From the IMG/VR virus record IMGVR_UViG_3300028837_002886, positions 1 to 64,000 of that record: a stretch of 64,000 bases of DNA. One strand, written 5' to 3'. How positions within the stretch are numbered: the first letter of the stretch is position 1; each line of letters begins with the position of its first letter. Below, in pieces: positions 41,088 through 48,867 of this stretch. Under the pieces are notes generated by a model. That model was not told the origin of the DNA and ran no database searches. It saw only the letters and a program-made list of their open reading frames with translations. This DNA is from a virus. Both the position numbers and the translations under genes were made by a program.

Positions 41088-41369
41088 ATGGACTTCACAA
41101 AGGGTGATATTATAAAGTTTGGTGAGATGTTGGTGTTTATCCGCGAGCCCAAAGAAATCGGCATCATTTTCGCCAAGAGGCCCGATTGGCTTCCCGGCGA
41201 ACGTACAAACGAAATGTATATTTTTTTGAAGCCCTATGGTCTTACTCAAATGGCGCCATCAGGGACGTACGGTTGGGGATGGGAAGAGCTAACGATTGAC
41301 GATAAGGATCAAATAAACAAGAAGATTAATATAGAAGTAGCTAAACGTTTTGTTAAGTGGATGTTCTAA
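41088..41369 (+). CDS. Small hypothetical protein; the only convincing plus-strand gene
   Basis: AAGATAA at 41067-41073, GAGG SD, ATG; ends AKRFVKWMF like the C-terminal motif family. Confidence 0.75.
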   Translation: MDFTKGDIIKFGEMLVFIREPKEIGIIFAKRPDWLPGERTNEMYIFLKPYGLTQMAPSGTYGWGWEELTIDDKDQINKKINIEVAKRFVKWMF

Positions 41370-41374
41370 TGTGA

Positions 41375-42049
41375 TTATTCCCACGCAGGACAATCTTCTT
41401 TATAGGCACAAAAATCACACAATCTGTTTTTAGTAGGTGTCCAACTCCTGGTTTTATTTATCCTATTCGCAACATCTTTCAAGTATTCTAAAAAGTAGTC
41501 TATTTCATCTGATGTGTACGTGTTGGAATCTATAGAACCCAGAAAGCTGTAATATACGATAGTTTCTATTTGCTCTGGAGGGATGCTTCTTTCTTTCGAT
41601 AACACCAACGAATAAAACTTTAGTTGTAGATCGTTCATCCCCTTCCAGAATTTTTTGGAAGTTTTAAAGTCTATAATAATCAAACCCTCGTCAGTGGTGT
41701 AAATCTTGTCGCTTTTTCCCGCCAGATACAGGTTGCCGACGTTGGTTTTTATTTTTTGCTCGTTCTCACCCTTGTAGCCTTCGTATTGTTTAATATATTT
41801 GACAGTATTACCTATGGCCATTATGAGATTACTTTCCATGCGCTTGGGAATGTTAAACTCTCTCTTGAGCTGTTGTAAGATATCACTGACCTTTTTATGC
41901 TCATAGAGTTCCATGAAGCGGTGTACATAACTGCCAAAAACTAAAGCGTCGGTCTCTGGCTGCGGTTTTTCAATCCTGTCAACATAGCGCCACTTATACT
42001 GTAATTTACATATTTCGTAGGTTTTAATTAAACTTGGGGATAAGTACAT
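41375..42049 (-). CDS. PD-(D/E)XK nuclease, Cas4/RecB-like
   Basis: LSPS...C..QY, FGSYVH, GKSD..IIDFKT, QL.FY, CDFCAYKEDCP. Confidence 0.9.
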   Translation of the reverse strand: MYLSPSLIKTYEICKLQYKWRYVDRIEKPQPETDALVFGSYVHRFMELYEHKKVSDILQQLKREFNIPKRMESNLIMAIGNTVKYIKQYEGYKGENEQKIKTNVGNLYLAGKSDKIYTTDEGLIIIDFKTSKKFWKGMNDLQLKFYSLVLSKERSIPPEQIETIVYYSFLGSIDSNTYTSDEIDYFLEYLKDVANRINKTRSWTPTKNRLCDFCAYKEDCPAWE

Positions 42050-42080
42050 ATCACATCCTGATGAGATTATATATGCTTTG

Positions 42081-42389
42081 TCATTTGGTCAGATATGACA
42101 AATCCATAATAAAGAACTTAACAAGCAGATCTCTCTTTCCTTGACTGGTGCTCACAAGAAGGCTCGATTTGCTCAACCTGGTGAATTGCTTCGACACAAA
42201 ACTGCCGGTTGTGCCTCGGAATATATCACGCCAGTATATTCTTCCATCCTTGACGTCTGTTATCTGTATAAGTATATCTGAACCGAACAAACCACCAGCT
42301 GGCCGTTGGGTTTCTCCCCAATATACCTCACCAACTGTAAATGTTTTTGGGTCTTCCCATTTGTTTCCAGGTATGGTTGCTGACTTCAT
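42081..42389 (-). CDS. Small hypothetical protein, C-terminal motif family (likely start MKSATIP)
   Basis: AAGATAA at 42394-42400; ends KRDLLVKFF. Confidence 0.65.
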   Translation of the reverse strand: MKSATIPGNKWEDPKTFTVGEVYWGETQRPAGGLFGSDILIQITDVKDGRIYWRDIFRGTTGSFVSKQFTRLSKSSLLVSTSQGKRDLLVKFFIMDLSYLTK

Positions 42390-42405
42390 AACATTATCTT
42401 TGGCC

Positions 42406-42538
42406 AAAAAAATACCCGCGCGAGGGTTATCTAATACAACACCGGAAAACACTTCGCGCGGGGAGAAACTGAATTATATGTGATCGTCAAGCGCCGGCCG
42501 CAAGGTGACGCCTAACTGTCAGTCATCGTCAGCAAGGA
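42406..42538 (-). ncRNA. Candidate small structured RNA
   Basis: Interval between an AAGATAA motif (42539-42545) and a 9-bp GC stem followed by T7; internal 10-bp GU-rich stem (42486-42495/42507-42516); no convincing gene of its own. Confidence 0.4.
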
Positions 42539-42559
42539 TTATCTTAGTGATACAATAGC

Positions 42560-43052
42560 TCACGATTGCTGCTGTTTGAAGAAAGATTCGTTTGGAAATT
42601 TTAGTATATTGTCAAGCAGGCACACTAAAAAGTCTTCATACTTGACAAATCTAACGCTGGCATTATACAATATCGCTTCGTTTTCTCCGTCTATAAAGGC
42701 AAGTATTTTTCTATTATTATATTTTACTATTACAATGGGCTGTTTATTCGCTCTGTGGGCATCTTCACAAGCTTGTTTCCACCAATCAAGCCATTCTGTT
42801 TCCTTGGCGTCGCCAAGCAGACCCCAAAGACTAAACTCTTTGCGAGATTTACATTCAACTGAAAATCTGAAGTTCTTGGGGCAGATTATATCACCGGTTA
42901 AGATACCCTTGGCTTCTTCGGTGAGTATATCTTTTTGTGCTGTTCCTATTGCGCCAGACGTAGGAACACGATTAAATGGTTGATTAAATCTTTCTTTTAA
43001 TATCCCGCAAACCTGACGCTCGAAGGCGTTACCCTTGTGCTTGCTCTGAATC
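42560..43052 (-). CDS. Holliday junction resolvase (Hjc-like PD-(D/E)XK); start approximate (MIQSKHK)
   Basis: SKHKGNAFERQV..RVPTSGA..GDII..VECK..WWKQA. Confidence 0.88.
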
Positions 43053-43358
43053 ATTGTATTTTTCAATTTCCTTTTTGGTGCTATTTATTAGATCGTTTAA
43101 CATTTCGGTTCTGTCTTTTGTTCTATCATAGGTGAAATGTATATCAGAAAATTTTTCATATGAGCCGTTCTGGGTAGGATTATCAAAAACAATAAAAGGT
43201 ATTTCTATTCTCGTTCTCCCAATACTTAAGTCTATAGCCGCGTGTACTTGTTCGTATAAAAGAGCGTAAGGGCTGTGCTGCCCACGGTACAAAAGGCGAA
43301 TAAAATTATCTGCTTCTATTGCTATTTCCTTAATGTGCAGGAGGTCGATATTATTCAC
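43029..43358 (-). CDS. Hypothetical protein
   Basis: 109 aa directly after an AAAGCATATATA motif. Confidence 0.65.
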   Translation of the reverse strand: MNNIDLLHIKEIAIEADNFIRLLYRGQHSPYALLYEQVHAAIDLSIGRTRIEIPFIVFDNPTQNGSYEKFSDIHFTYDRTKDRTEMLNDLINSTKKEIEKYNDSEQAQG

Positions 43359-43373
43359 ATAGTTATATATGCT

Positions 43374-44120
43374 TTATGGTTTGAGGGCTTTTTTGACACC
43401 GAAGGCCGTGGCTAATGTGCCAAGTATTACTGTGTTTTTGAGGGTCAAAATCCACTCTAACTTGAACCAATCAACATTGTAGTGAAAGAAATCAGGATTG
43501 ACTTTATCGAGCCACTTGTAATACTTTTGAAACTTCATAGCTGACCGGTTCTTTCTGAAATAGGTATTCAGATTCCTACAGAGAAAAGTGGTGAGAAAAG
43601 CCCGGGAGTATTTCGTCATTGGCAAATCTGGTATCGGAACTGTCCACTTAATAAACACTTTGTTTGGGATATAACCGATTGTCGCCTTGGCATTTTTCAG
43701 AGTATCTTTAAACCAGGTGTTATGATCAAAAGCGAAAGTTATAGTTCTGTCGTCCAGTTTTTTTATGACTATATATTTGCTTTTTTTGTCTGAGTTGGAT
43801 AGGATCCTGTCTTTCAACCAGGATATTATGTCATTGCGAGTATATATCAACTTTTCTTTGGGAGTTATCCACAAATAATCCCACTTGAATATCATAGTGC
43901 CCATGTGGTCGCCGGAATAAACAAACGTTACTGTCAAAGGGTTGGCGCCTGGTTTTTTCTTTGGAATGGGCTTGTTGAGTTCAGCTGGAGCGAAGTCGCT
44001 TGTTCCAGCCGGTTTTATAGAGTAACCTGGAGCCGTATATCGCTTAGTGTGAAATGTTTTGATAGCGTGTGCGCCAACGATACCTATTGCCGCGGCTTTG
44101 AGTATTTTGCTTATTTTCAT
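43374..44120 (-). CDS. Basic hypothetical protein
   Basis: 248-aa ORF with hydrophobic termini. Confidence 0.7.
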   Translation of the reverse strand: MKISKILKAAAIGIVGAHAIKTFHTKRYTAPGYSIKPAGTSDFAPAELNKPIPKKKPGANPLTVTFVYSGDHMGTMIFKWDYLWITPKEKLIYTRNDIISWLKDRILSNSDKKSKYIVIKKLDDRTITFAFDHNTWFKDTLKNAKATIGYIPNKVFIKWTVPIPDLPMTKYSRAFLTTFLCRNLNTYFRKNRSAMKFQKYYKWLDKVNPDFFHYNVDWFKLEWILTLKNTVILGTLATAFGVKKALKP

Positions 44121-44137
44121 TAATGTGATCTCGGAGA

Positions 44138-44584
44138 TTATTGTTTACTATCTTTCTCGTCATCGTAGCGAGCCTGAGGATTTCTTTTGTAGTTCTCTCT
44201 GCTCCAACTTCTTTCTCTGTCAAGATCGTAAAGCCTCTTGTATTTGAAATCGCTAAATATGCCGTCCGAGTCATAGTCTTTTACACACTCAACTATGACA
44301 GGCAACTTGGACGTAAGCGCGCTGATTTCAGTTAACAGATGAGCCACATAAACTGGTAAACCCGGCAGATTGACCACAACAGGAACACCGGAGCAGAAAT
44401 AATCCTTATTTTTTTCTACGATGTCATGTACTTGTATATAAGTGCTGTGCTTCTTGAGATTGAGAGAGGCTCTAATGTGTACCTGTTCAACATTAGATAT
44501 TTCGTGGTCTTTCTTTATTGCCTTTATTATCCCATCGGACAAGAGGGCACCAAAGTTCAACAGATATGCTTTCTCCACGCTCAT
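44138..44584 (-). CDS. Csx15-like protein (type III CRISPR-associated small family)
   Basis: LLNFG.LL...VVNLPGLP....LL.EI.....P.I...YDLD.ER..SR matches the Csx15 pattern recalled from memory (LNFSHPL / INPPGY / LLAELHG..P / NLQ..R..AR). Confidence 0.6.
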   Translation of the reverse strand: MSVEKAYLLNFGALLSDGIIKAIKKDHEISNVEQVHIRASLNLKKHSTYIQVHDIVEKNKDYFCSGVPVVVNLPGLPVYVAHLLTEISALTSKLPVIVECVKDYDSDGIFSDFKYKRLYDLDRERSWSRENYKRNPQARYDDEKDSKQ

Positions 44585-44642
44585 TGTACACTCCTAATTG
44601 TCGACTTGGTGTTATTTCATTTATCTTTATTGGAAAGAAGTA

Positions 44643-44999
44643 TTAGTCTTTATAAAACTTTAAAAAAGTTACAATATAAGCGCGCTTCCACATCGCACGA
44701 CCATTTTCATACAGATACTTTATCTTGTCGCGCTTATTCTCAATATTATACTTAACAGGAGAGTAGTCTGTATCGACAGTGACACTTATTTTTTGTGCGT
44801 CAGGAAGGCCAAGCATTTGAGCAGCCAGCCCTATTGATCGCTTCATATAAGGAAGGCCCTGTGCTCCTGGTTCCGTAAGAGCGACGCGTTCCTTGTGCGA
44901 AATGATAGCAAGGACATGCTGCTCTCTTTTGTCGTCTATGGTGAGCGCTGTATCTTCTTCGTCGAAATCTTTGTAGTTTATTGGTTTTCTTTTCATCAC
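44643..44999 (-). CDS. Hypothetical protein
   Basis: 118 aa after AAGATAA at 45004-45010. Confidence 0.65.
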   Translation of the reverse strand: MMKRKPINYKDFDEEDTALTIDDKREQHVLAIISHKERVALTEPGAQGLPYMKRSIGLAAQMLGLPDAQKISVTVDTDYSPVKYNIENKRDKIKYLYENGRAMWKRAYIVTFLKFYKD

Positions 45000-45009
45000 A
45001 AGGTTATCT

Positions 45010-45561
45010 TTAGATGAGGAAGTCTTTTATTTGATTCCAGTTTTCAAATGTGTGTTCGAAGGCGTTGTAATTACGGTTGGCGGGGGTTCTAAAGAGTATC
45101 CCTGTTCCCGAAAAGCGGCGCAAACACAAAGGTCTATCATCAATCATGTAGTTTCCTTTTAATCGCCACTTGTCGGTAATGAATATCATTTGTTCATTTT
45201 TGATAAAAGGAAAGTATTTATTCAGCCACTGTATTTTCTCGGGGATACAGTTTTTGCATGGAAACGGGGCGGTACAAACATATACTTGATATTTTTCGTT
45301 GAGCAGTTTTAATACTTCCGCGGCATCTGGTTTTGGCTCGAGATTGAACCAAAAGCCCTTTTTAGAGAATATTTTAGTAAGAATCTCAAAACCCTCTTCG
45401 TCGTTATGACCGAAGCATCTATAAAATTCCCATTGATATATTTCTTCCGGGCGCCGATTAGTGCCCATTAATTCGTTGTATCCATCGACGATGCCCACGA
45501 TCATGTCTGCCAGAACATCATCCATATCTACGTATATAATCTTTTTATACATGTATCTCAT
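45010..45561 (-). CDS. 5'(3')-deoxyribonucleotidase (HAD, NT5C family)
   Basis: YVDMDDVLAD, EKIQWL..YFPF, MIDD. Confidence 0.92.
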   Translation of the reverse strand: MRYMYKKIIYVDMDDVLADMIVGIVDGYNELMGTNRRPEEIYQWEFYRCFGHNDEEGFEILTKIFSKKGFWFNLEPKPDAAEVLKLLNEKYQVYVCTAPFPCKNCIPEKIQWLNKYFPFIKNEQMIFITDKWRLKGNYMIDDRPLCLRRFSGTGILFRTPANRNYNAFEHTFENWNQIKDFLI

Positions 45562-45581
45562 GCTATTATATATGTCATGAC

Positions 45582-45613
45582 AAAAAAAAAAGACAGCTCC
45601 CTAAGGAGCTGCC
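45582..45613 (-). terminator. Intrinsic terminator after the CCA gene
   Basis: GGCAGCTCC-TTAG-GGAGCTGTC followed by T10. Confidence 0.9.
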
Positions 45614-46927
45614 TTAGTTGTCAATCTTCTCTTTGATATATCTGATAGCATCTTCCTTGCTTTTCAGAACATCTTCGAGTTGCTTGTCGGTTACATCTTC
45701 CAAAAGCTCCCGGAAGATAGGCCCTGGTTCAAGACCGAGTTCGATCAAATCATGACCGTCGATTAGTCGTGGAGGCTTAATCTCTTCGGGCTCAAAAGTG
45801 TCGAGTTTCTCGTTAATATAATCGTACCACTCAATCATCTTGGTAGAAGAAAGAGAATCGGCACGACATAGTTGCATCAACTCAACCAAATAAGGCTGAG
45901 CGAGCATTCTCTTGAGTTTAGCGGTACGCATCTTGGTTGCTTTCTTAATGCGCATATGGTCATGAATCAAATTATATACCAACTCAATGAACTTGGTTGA
46001 AAACTTAAGCTCTTTGAGCCGCTCTTTGGCCATGTCAGCCCCAACAAACTCATGAGCGCGACTTCTGACTCTGCCGTTCTCATAGACAGTCACCGGAGGC
46101 TTCCCGATGTCATGAAGCAGAGTCGCCCAAATGGTCTCGTCTTTGAGGTCCTCGTTCTCCTCGAAAAGAAGGTCCATTACAATCTTGGTATGCTCAAAAA
46201 CATCACCCTCTGGATGCCACTTGGGTTCTTGTGGACAGCCCTTCATGTTTGCGACTTCCGGAAGAACTTGTTTAAGAAGACCAGAAGACCATAGGAGATC
46301 CAACGCTCTTGTAGATTCACCAAGCCTGAACAGCTTGGACAACTCATCCTGGATCCTCTCGTTAGAAACCTCATGGATTTTATGAGAGTTGCGGACGATA
46401 GCCTGAAAAGACTCGTCTTCAATCTTCATATCAAAACGAACTGCGAACCTAACGGCCCGTAGCATTCTCAACTTATCCTCATCGATTCTTTTTTGAGAGT
46501 CGCCGACAAACCTTAAGTTTTTGTTTTCCAGGTCTTTCTTGCCGTCAACCAGATCGATGAAATGGTCTTCGATAGGATCATAAAACATGGCGTTGATAGT
46601 AAAGTCCCTGCGCTCGGCATCCTCTTGAATGGTAGCATAGGTTACTTTAGAAGGGTGACGGCCGTCCAAATACTCACCGTCGGTTCTGAAGGTGGCCACC
46701 TCAAAAGGGTCGCCGTCCATCATAACCACAACAACACCGAAAGTTTTACCGATGGGAAGGGTGAGGTCAAAAAGCTCCTCAACCTTTTCCGGAAGAGCAT
46801 TGGTGGCGATGTCATAATCATGAGGCTTGTGGCCGAGAAGCATATCGCGGACAGAACCGCCGGCATATACAGCATCATAGCCATTGTCTTGAAGTTTTTT
46901 GACGATGTTTAGTGCTTTGTCTTTCAT
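45614..46927 (-). CDS. cca: CCA-adding tRNA nucleotidyltransferase with HD domain (start MKDKALN)
   Basis: AGGSVRD..DYDIAT, EVATFR, RRDFTINA, EDKLRMLRAVRF, HPEGDV..HT, LLHDIGKP. Confidence 0.93.
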   Translation of the reverse strand: MKDKALNIVKKLQDNGYDAVYAGGSVRDMLLGHKPHDYDIATNALPEKVEELFDLTLPIGKTFGVVVVMMDGDPFEVATFRTDGEYLDGRHPSKVTYATIQEDAERRDFTINAMFYDPIEDHFIDLVDGKKDLENKNLRFVGDSQKRIDEDKLRMLRAVRFAVRFDMKIEDESFQAIVRNSHKIHEVSNERIQDELSKLFRLGESTRALDLLWSSGLLKQVLPEVANMKGCPQEPKWHPEGDVFEHTKIVMDLLFEENEDLKDETIWATLLHDIGKPPVTVYENGRVRSRAHEFVGADMAKERLKELKFSTKFIELVYNLIHDHMRIKKATKMRTAKLKRMLAQPYLVELMQLCRADSLSSTKMIEWYDYINEKLDTFEPEEIKPPRLIDGHDLIELGLEPGPIFRELLEDVTDKQLEDVLKSKEDAIRYIKEKIDN

Positions 46928-46933
46928 GTTTAT

Positions 46934-46962
46934 ATTATAACCTATATTGCTCGTCCTGTAAA
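46934..46962 (-). promoter_or_regulatory. Sigma70-like promoter TTTACA-N17-TATAAT, leaderless cca
   Basis: -35 at 46957-46962, -10 at 46934-46939, ATG 6 nt after the -10. Confidence 0.8.
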
Positions 46963-47151
46963 GGCCGATCGGCCAGAAGAAATGACGGGTTTCCACTGCG
47001 CGCAGGTGGGTATCTTTGGTGATCGATACACGTTTAAGTTAATACACTTAGAAGTGGTGCCAATTGGAATATTCACACGCCAACGACACGTCAAGCATGT
47101 TTTATTCATCAAAAGCATTTTAGCTTTTTTCTTGCGTGTCCAGTTTGCCAT
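46942..47151 (-). CDS. Small Cys-rich AKxLL-tag protein (start MANWTRK)
   Basis: KAKMLLMNKTCLTC...C...CAQW. Confidence 0.65.
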   Translation of the reverse strand: MANWTRKKKAKMLLMNKTCLTCRWRVNIPIGTTSKCINLNVYRSPKIPTCAQWKPVISSGRSAFTGRAI

Positions 47152-47452
47152 TATGTTTTTTCCGCATAAGAGATATGTATTTTTTATGCGTACGTTCCAC
47201 ATGTTGCCAGAAGTCATCACGCTTATGGGCGTCATTCACATGAGGATAGTAATCTTCACAAAACAGTTCTTTTGGGACATCACACATTCCGCTGTCGTGT
47301 AAAAATGTGTTTCTTTCTTCAAGTCGACAATACCAGTCTTTATATTCAAAAGAGCCCTTTATACAATAGAGGCAATTTATACATCCTTTATCTAATAGCA
47401 GTTTTTTGGCGACGTTCGCTTTTTTCATACTATACGTTTTGAACCTTCCCAA
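47120..47452 (-). CDS. Small Cys-rich AKxLL-tag protein
   Basis: VAKKLLLDKGCINC...C...CEDY. Confidence 0.7.
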   Translation of the reverse strand: MGRFKTYSMKKANVAKKLLLDKGCINCLYCIKGSFEYKDWYCRLEERNTFLHDSGMCDVPKELFCEDYYPHVNDAHKRDDFWQHVERTHKKYISLMRKKHNGKLDTQEKS

Positions 47453-47652
47453 AAATCACATGTTCCCATGACATTTATTTTACAAACTTTACCAATAAAG
47501 TCATGATTTTTATTGTTACTCCAAAGCGGGTGCGCGCAATAATGCCCTATATTATTGCCGTATGCATCTAAATGATAAAAATGTATGCACCTCTGACATG
47601 TTTTACCTAATAATAATTTTTTTGCGCACTCTTTTGTAAATCTATCTCTCAT
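47425..47652 (-). CDS. Small Cys-rich AKxLL-tag protein
   Basis: CAKKLLLGKTCQRC...C...CDFW. Confidence 0.7.
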   Translation of the reverse strand: MRDRFTKECAKKLLLGKTCQRCIHFYHLDAYGNNIGHYCAHPLWSNNKNHDFIGKVCKINVMGTCDFWEGSKRIV

Positions 47653-47852
47653 TTCGTTTTATAACCGCGGTAAAAGTCCCGACATGTATAATCATTGGAA
47701 ATATTTTCGTCTACACCACTCTGCCGCGAACGCAACATGCATAAGTATTGGTATTTATGTGTTTTTGGATGAAGACGTCGGTATCCGTAAAGGCACTTGC
47801 AACAGTTTTTGTCCAACAATAATTTTTTAGCTACAACGCTCTTGCTTATCAT
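47649..47852 (-). CDS. Small Cys-rich AKxLL-tag protein
   Basis: VAKKLLLDKNCCKC...C...CRDF. Confidence 0.7.
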   Translation of the reverse strand: MISKSVVAKKLLLDKNCCKCLYGYRRLHPKTHKYQYLCMLRSRQSGVDENISNDYTCRDFYRGYKTK

Positions 47853-48448
47853 GGCATAGTTTCAGGATTAGAAAGCATACTGATAAAGGACCTGTATTCG
47901 CGTATCATGTTTATGAATATGTGTCCTTGTTCAATAGCATCATCAATAGCCTTGTGAGTGTGCTTGTGTGCCGTATTCATCCACCGGCCTGGCATCCTGG
48001 CTTTTGTTACTTTTCGGTACTCGCAATTTATCAAAAACATTGCAAAAGTTTTCATGTCCAGCGCAGAAAACGAAAATGGCGAATGCTTCATGAATCTTAT
48101 GAGATACCAGTATACAAAAGTGAAATCAAAACCTGCGGGAAAAGCAACGAGCACGGGTTTGCAGTTAAACTTCAAAGCGGTTGCAGTGACCCACTTGTGA
48201 AACCGTTTCATTACTTCTTCCGGATCTCCGGGATTCTTTCGGCATTCATCCCACGCCTCTTTGTTGCGACTCCAGAACTTCATGGTATTAGGATCCTGCT
48301 CTGCATCCGGAAGTTCCTTGAGATTAGCTTCAAATGTTCCTACCATGTTTCCTTCACGGTCAAATGCCGCGGCCGCAATGCTCAACATAGAGTTAGGACC
48401 AGGTATGGGACCGTCTGCTTCTACGTCAACACTAAAGTACATTTCCAT
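47849..48448 (-). CDS. DEDD 3'-5' exonuclease
   Basis: SVDVEADGPIPG, FDFTF, HTHKAIDDA. Confidence 0.88.
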   Translation of the reverse strand: MEMYFSVDVEADGPIPGPNSMLSIAAAAFDREGNMVGTFEANLKELPDAEQDPNTMKFWSRNKEAWDECRKNPGDPEEVMKRFHKWVTATALKFNCKPVLVAFPAGFDFTFVYWYLIRFMKHSPFSFSALDMKTFAMFLINCEYRKVTKARMPGRWMNTAHKHTHKAIDDAIEQGHIFINMIREYRSFISMLSNPETMP

Positions 48449-48839
48449 CTTGTTTACCCTTTTCCATTATTTTATTCAAATCCATATTGAATGGATCAAA
48501 TCTTTTTTTGTATGCATCAGTTTTTTTATAGTTTTCTTCCTGATAATGTCTGGCCAAAACTATTTGTTCGGTGGCCTTTTTAATCTTTTTAGATATACGC
48601 ATCATTATGCGCTCTTCCCAATGTTTAGGATACCTGATGCGCCAGCTATACACTATTTTGTAAGCGTGACCGCCGACCTTCATCATACAATACATAAAAG
48701 CCGCATACAGCGCAACTTTAATATACCACGTCATGAGCTCGTGATTGTGAAACATACACAGCCCTATGGCCAACAAAGCACCTACGCCGATCCAAATAAT
48801 AATGCCGCTCCATACGCTTGCTTCTTTCTCCTTTTTCAT
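48432..48839 (-). CDS. Two-TM membrane protein (likely start MKKEKE)
   Basis: Two hydrophobic helices. Confidence 0.65.
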   Translation of the reverse strand: MKKEKEASVWSGIIIWIGVGALLAIGLCMFHNHELMTWYIKVALYAAFMYCMMKVGGHAYKIVYSWRIRYPKHWEERIMMRISKKIKKATEQIVLARHYQEENYKKTDAYKKRFDPFNMDLNKIMEKGKQDGNVL

Positions 48840-48867
48840 AAACAGCCCCTTCTCCTGTAAATTATTA

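Noticed and set aside
42500-42535. Hammerhead ribozyme (CTGACGA on the minus strand)
   Set aside because: The required GAAA after stem II is absent.
41375-44584. CRISPR-Cas locus suggested by the Cas4-like and Csx15-like genes
   Set aside because: No repeat-spacer array or core cas genes seen; solo Cas4-like nucleases are common in phages.
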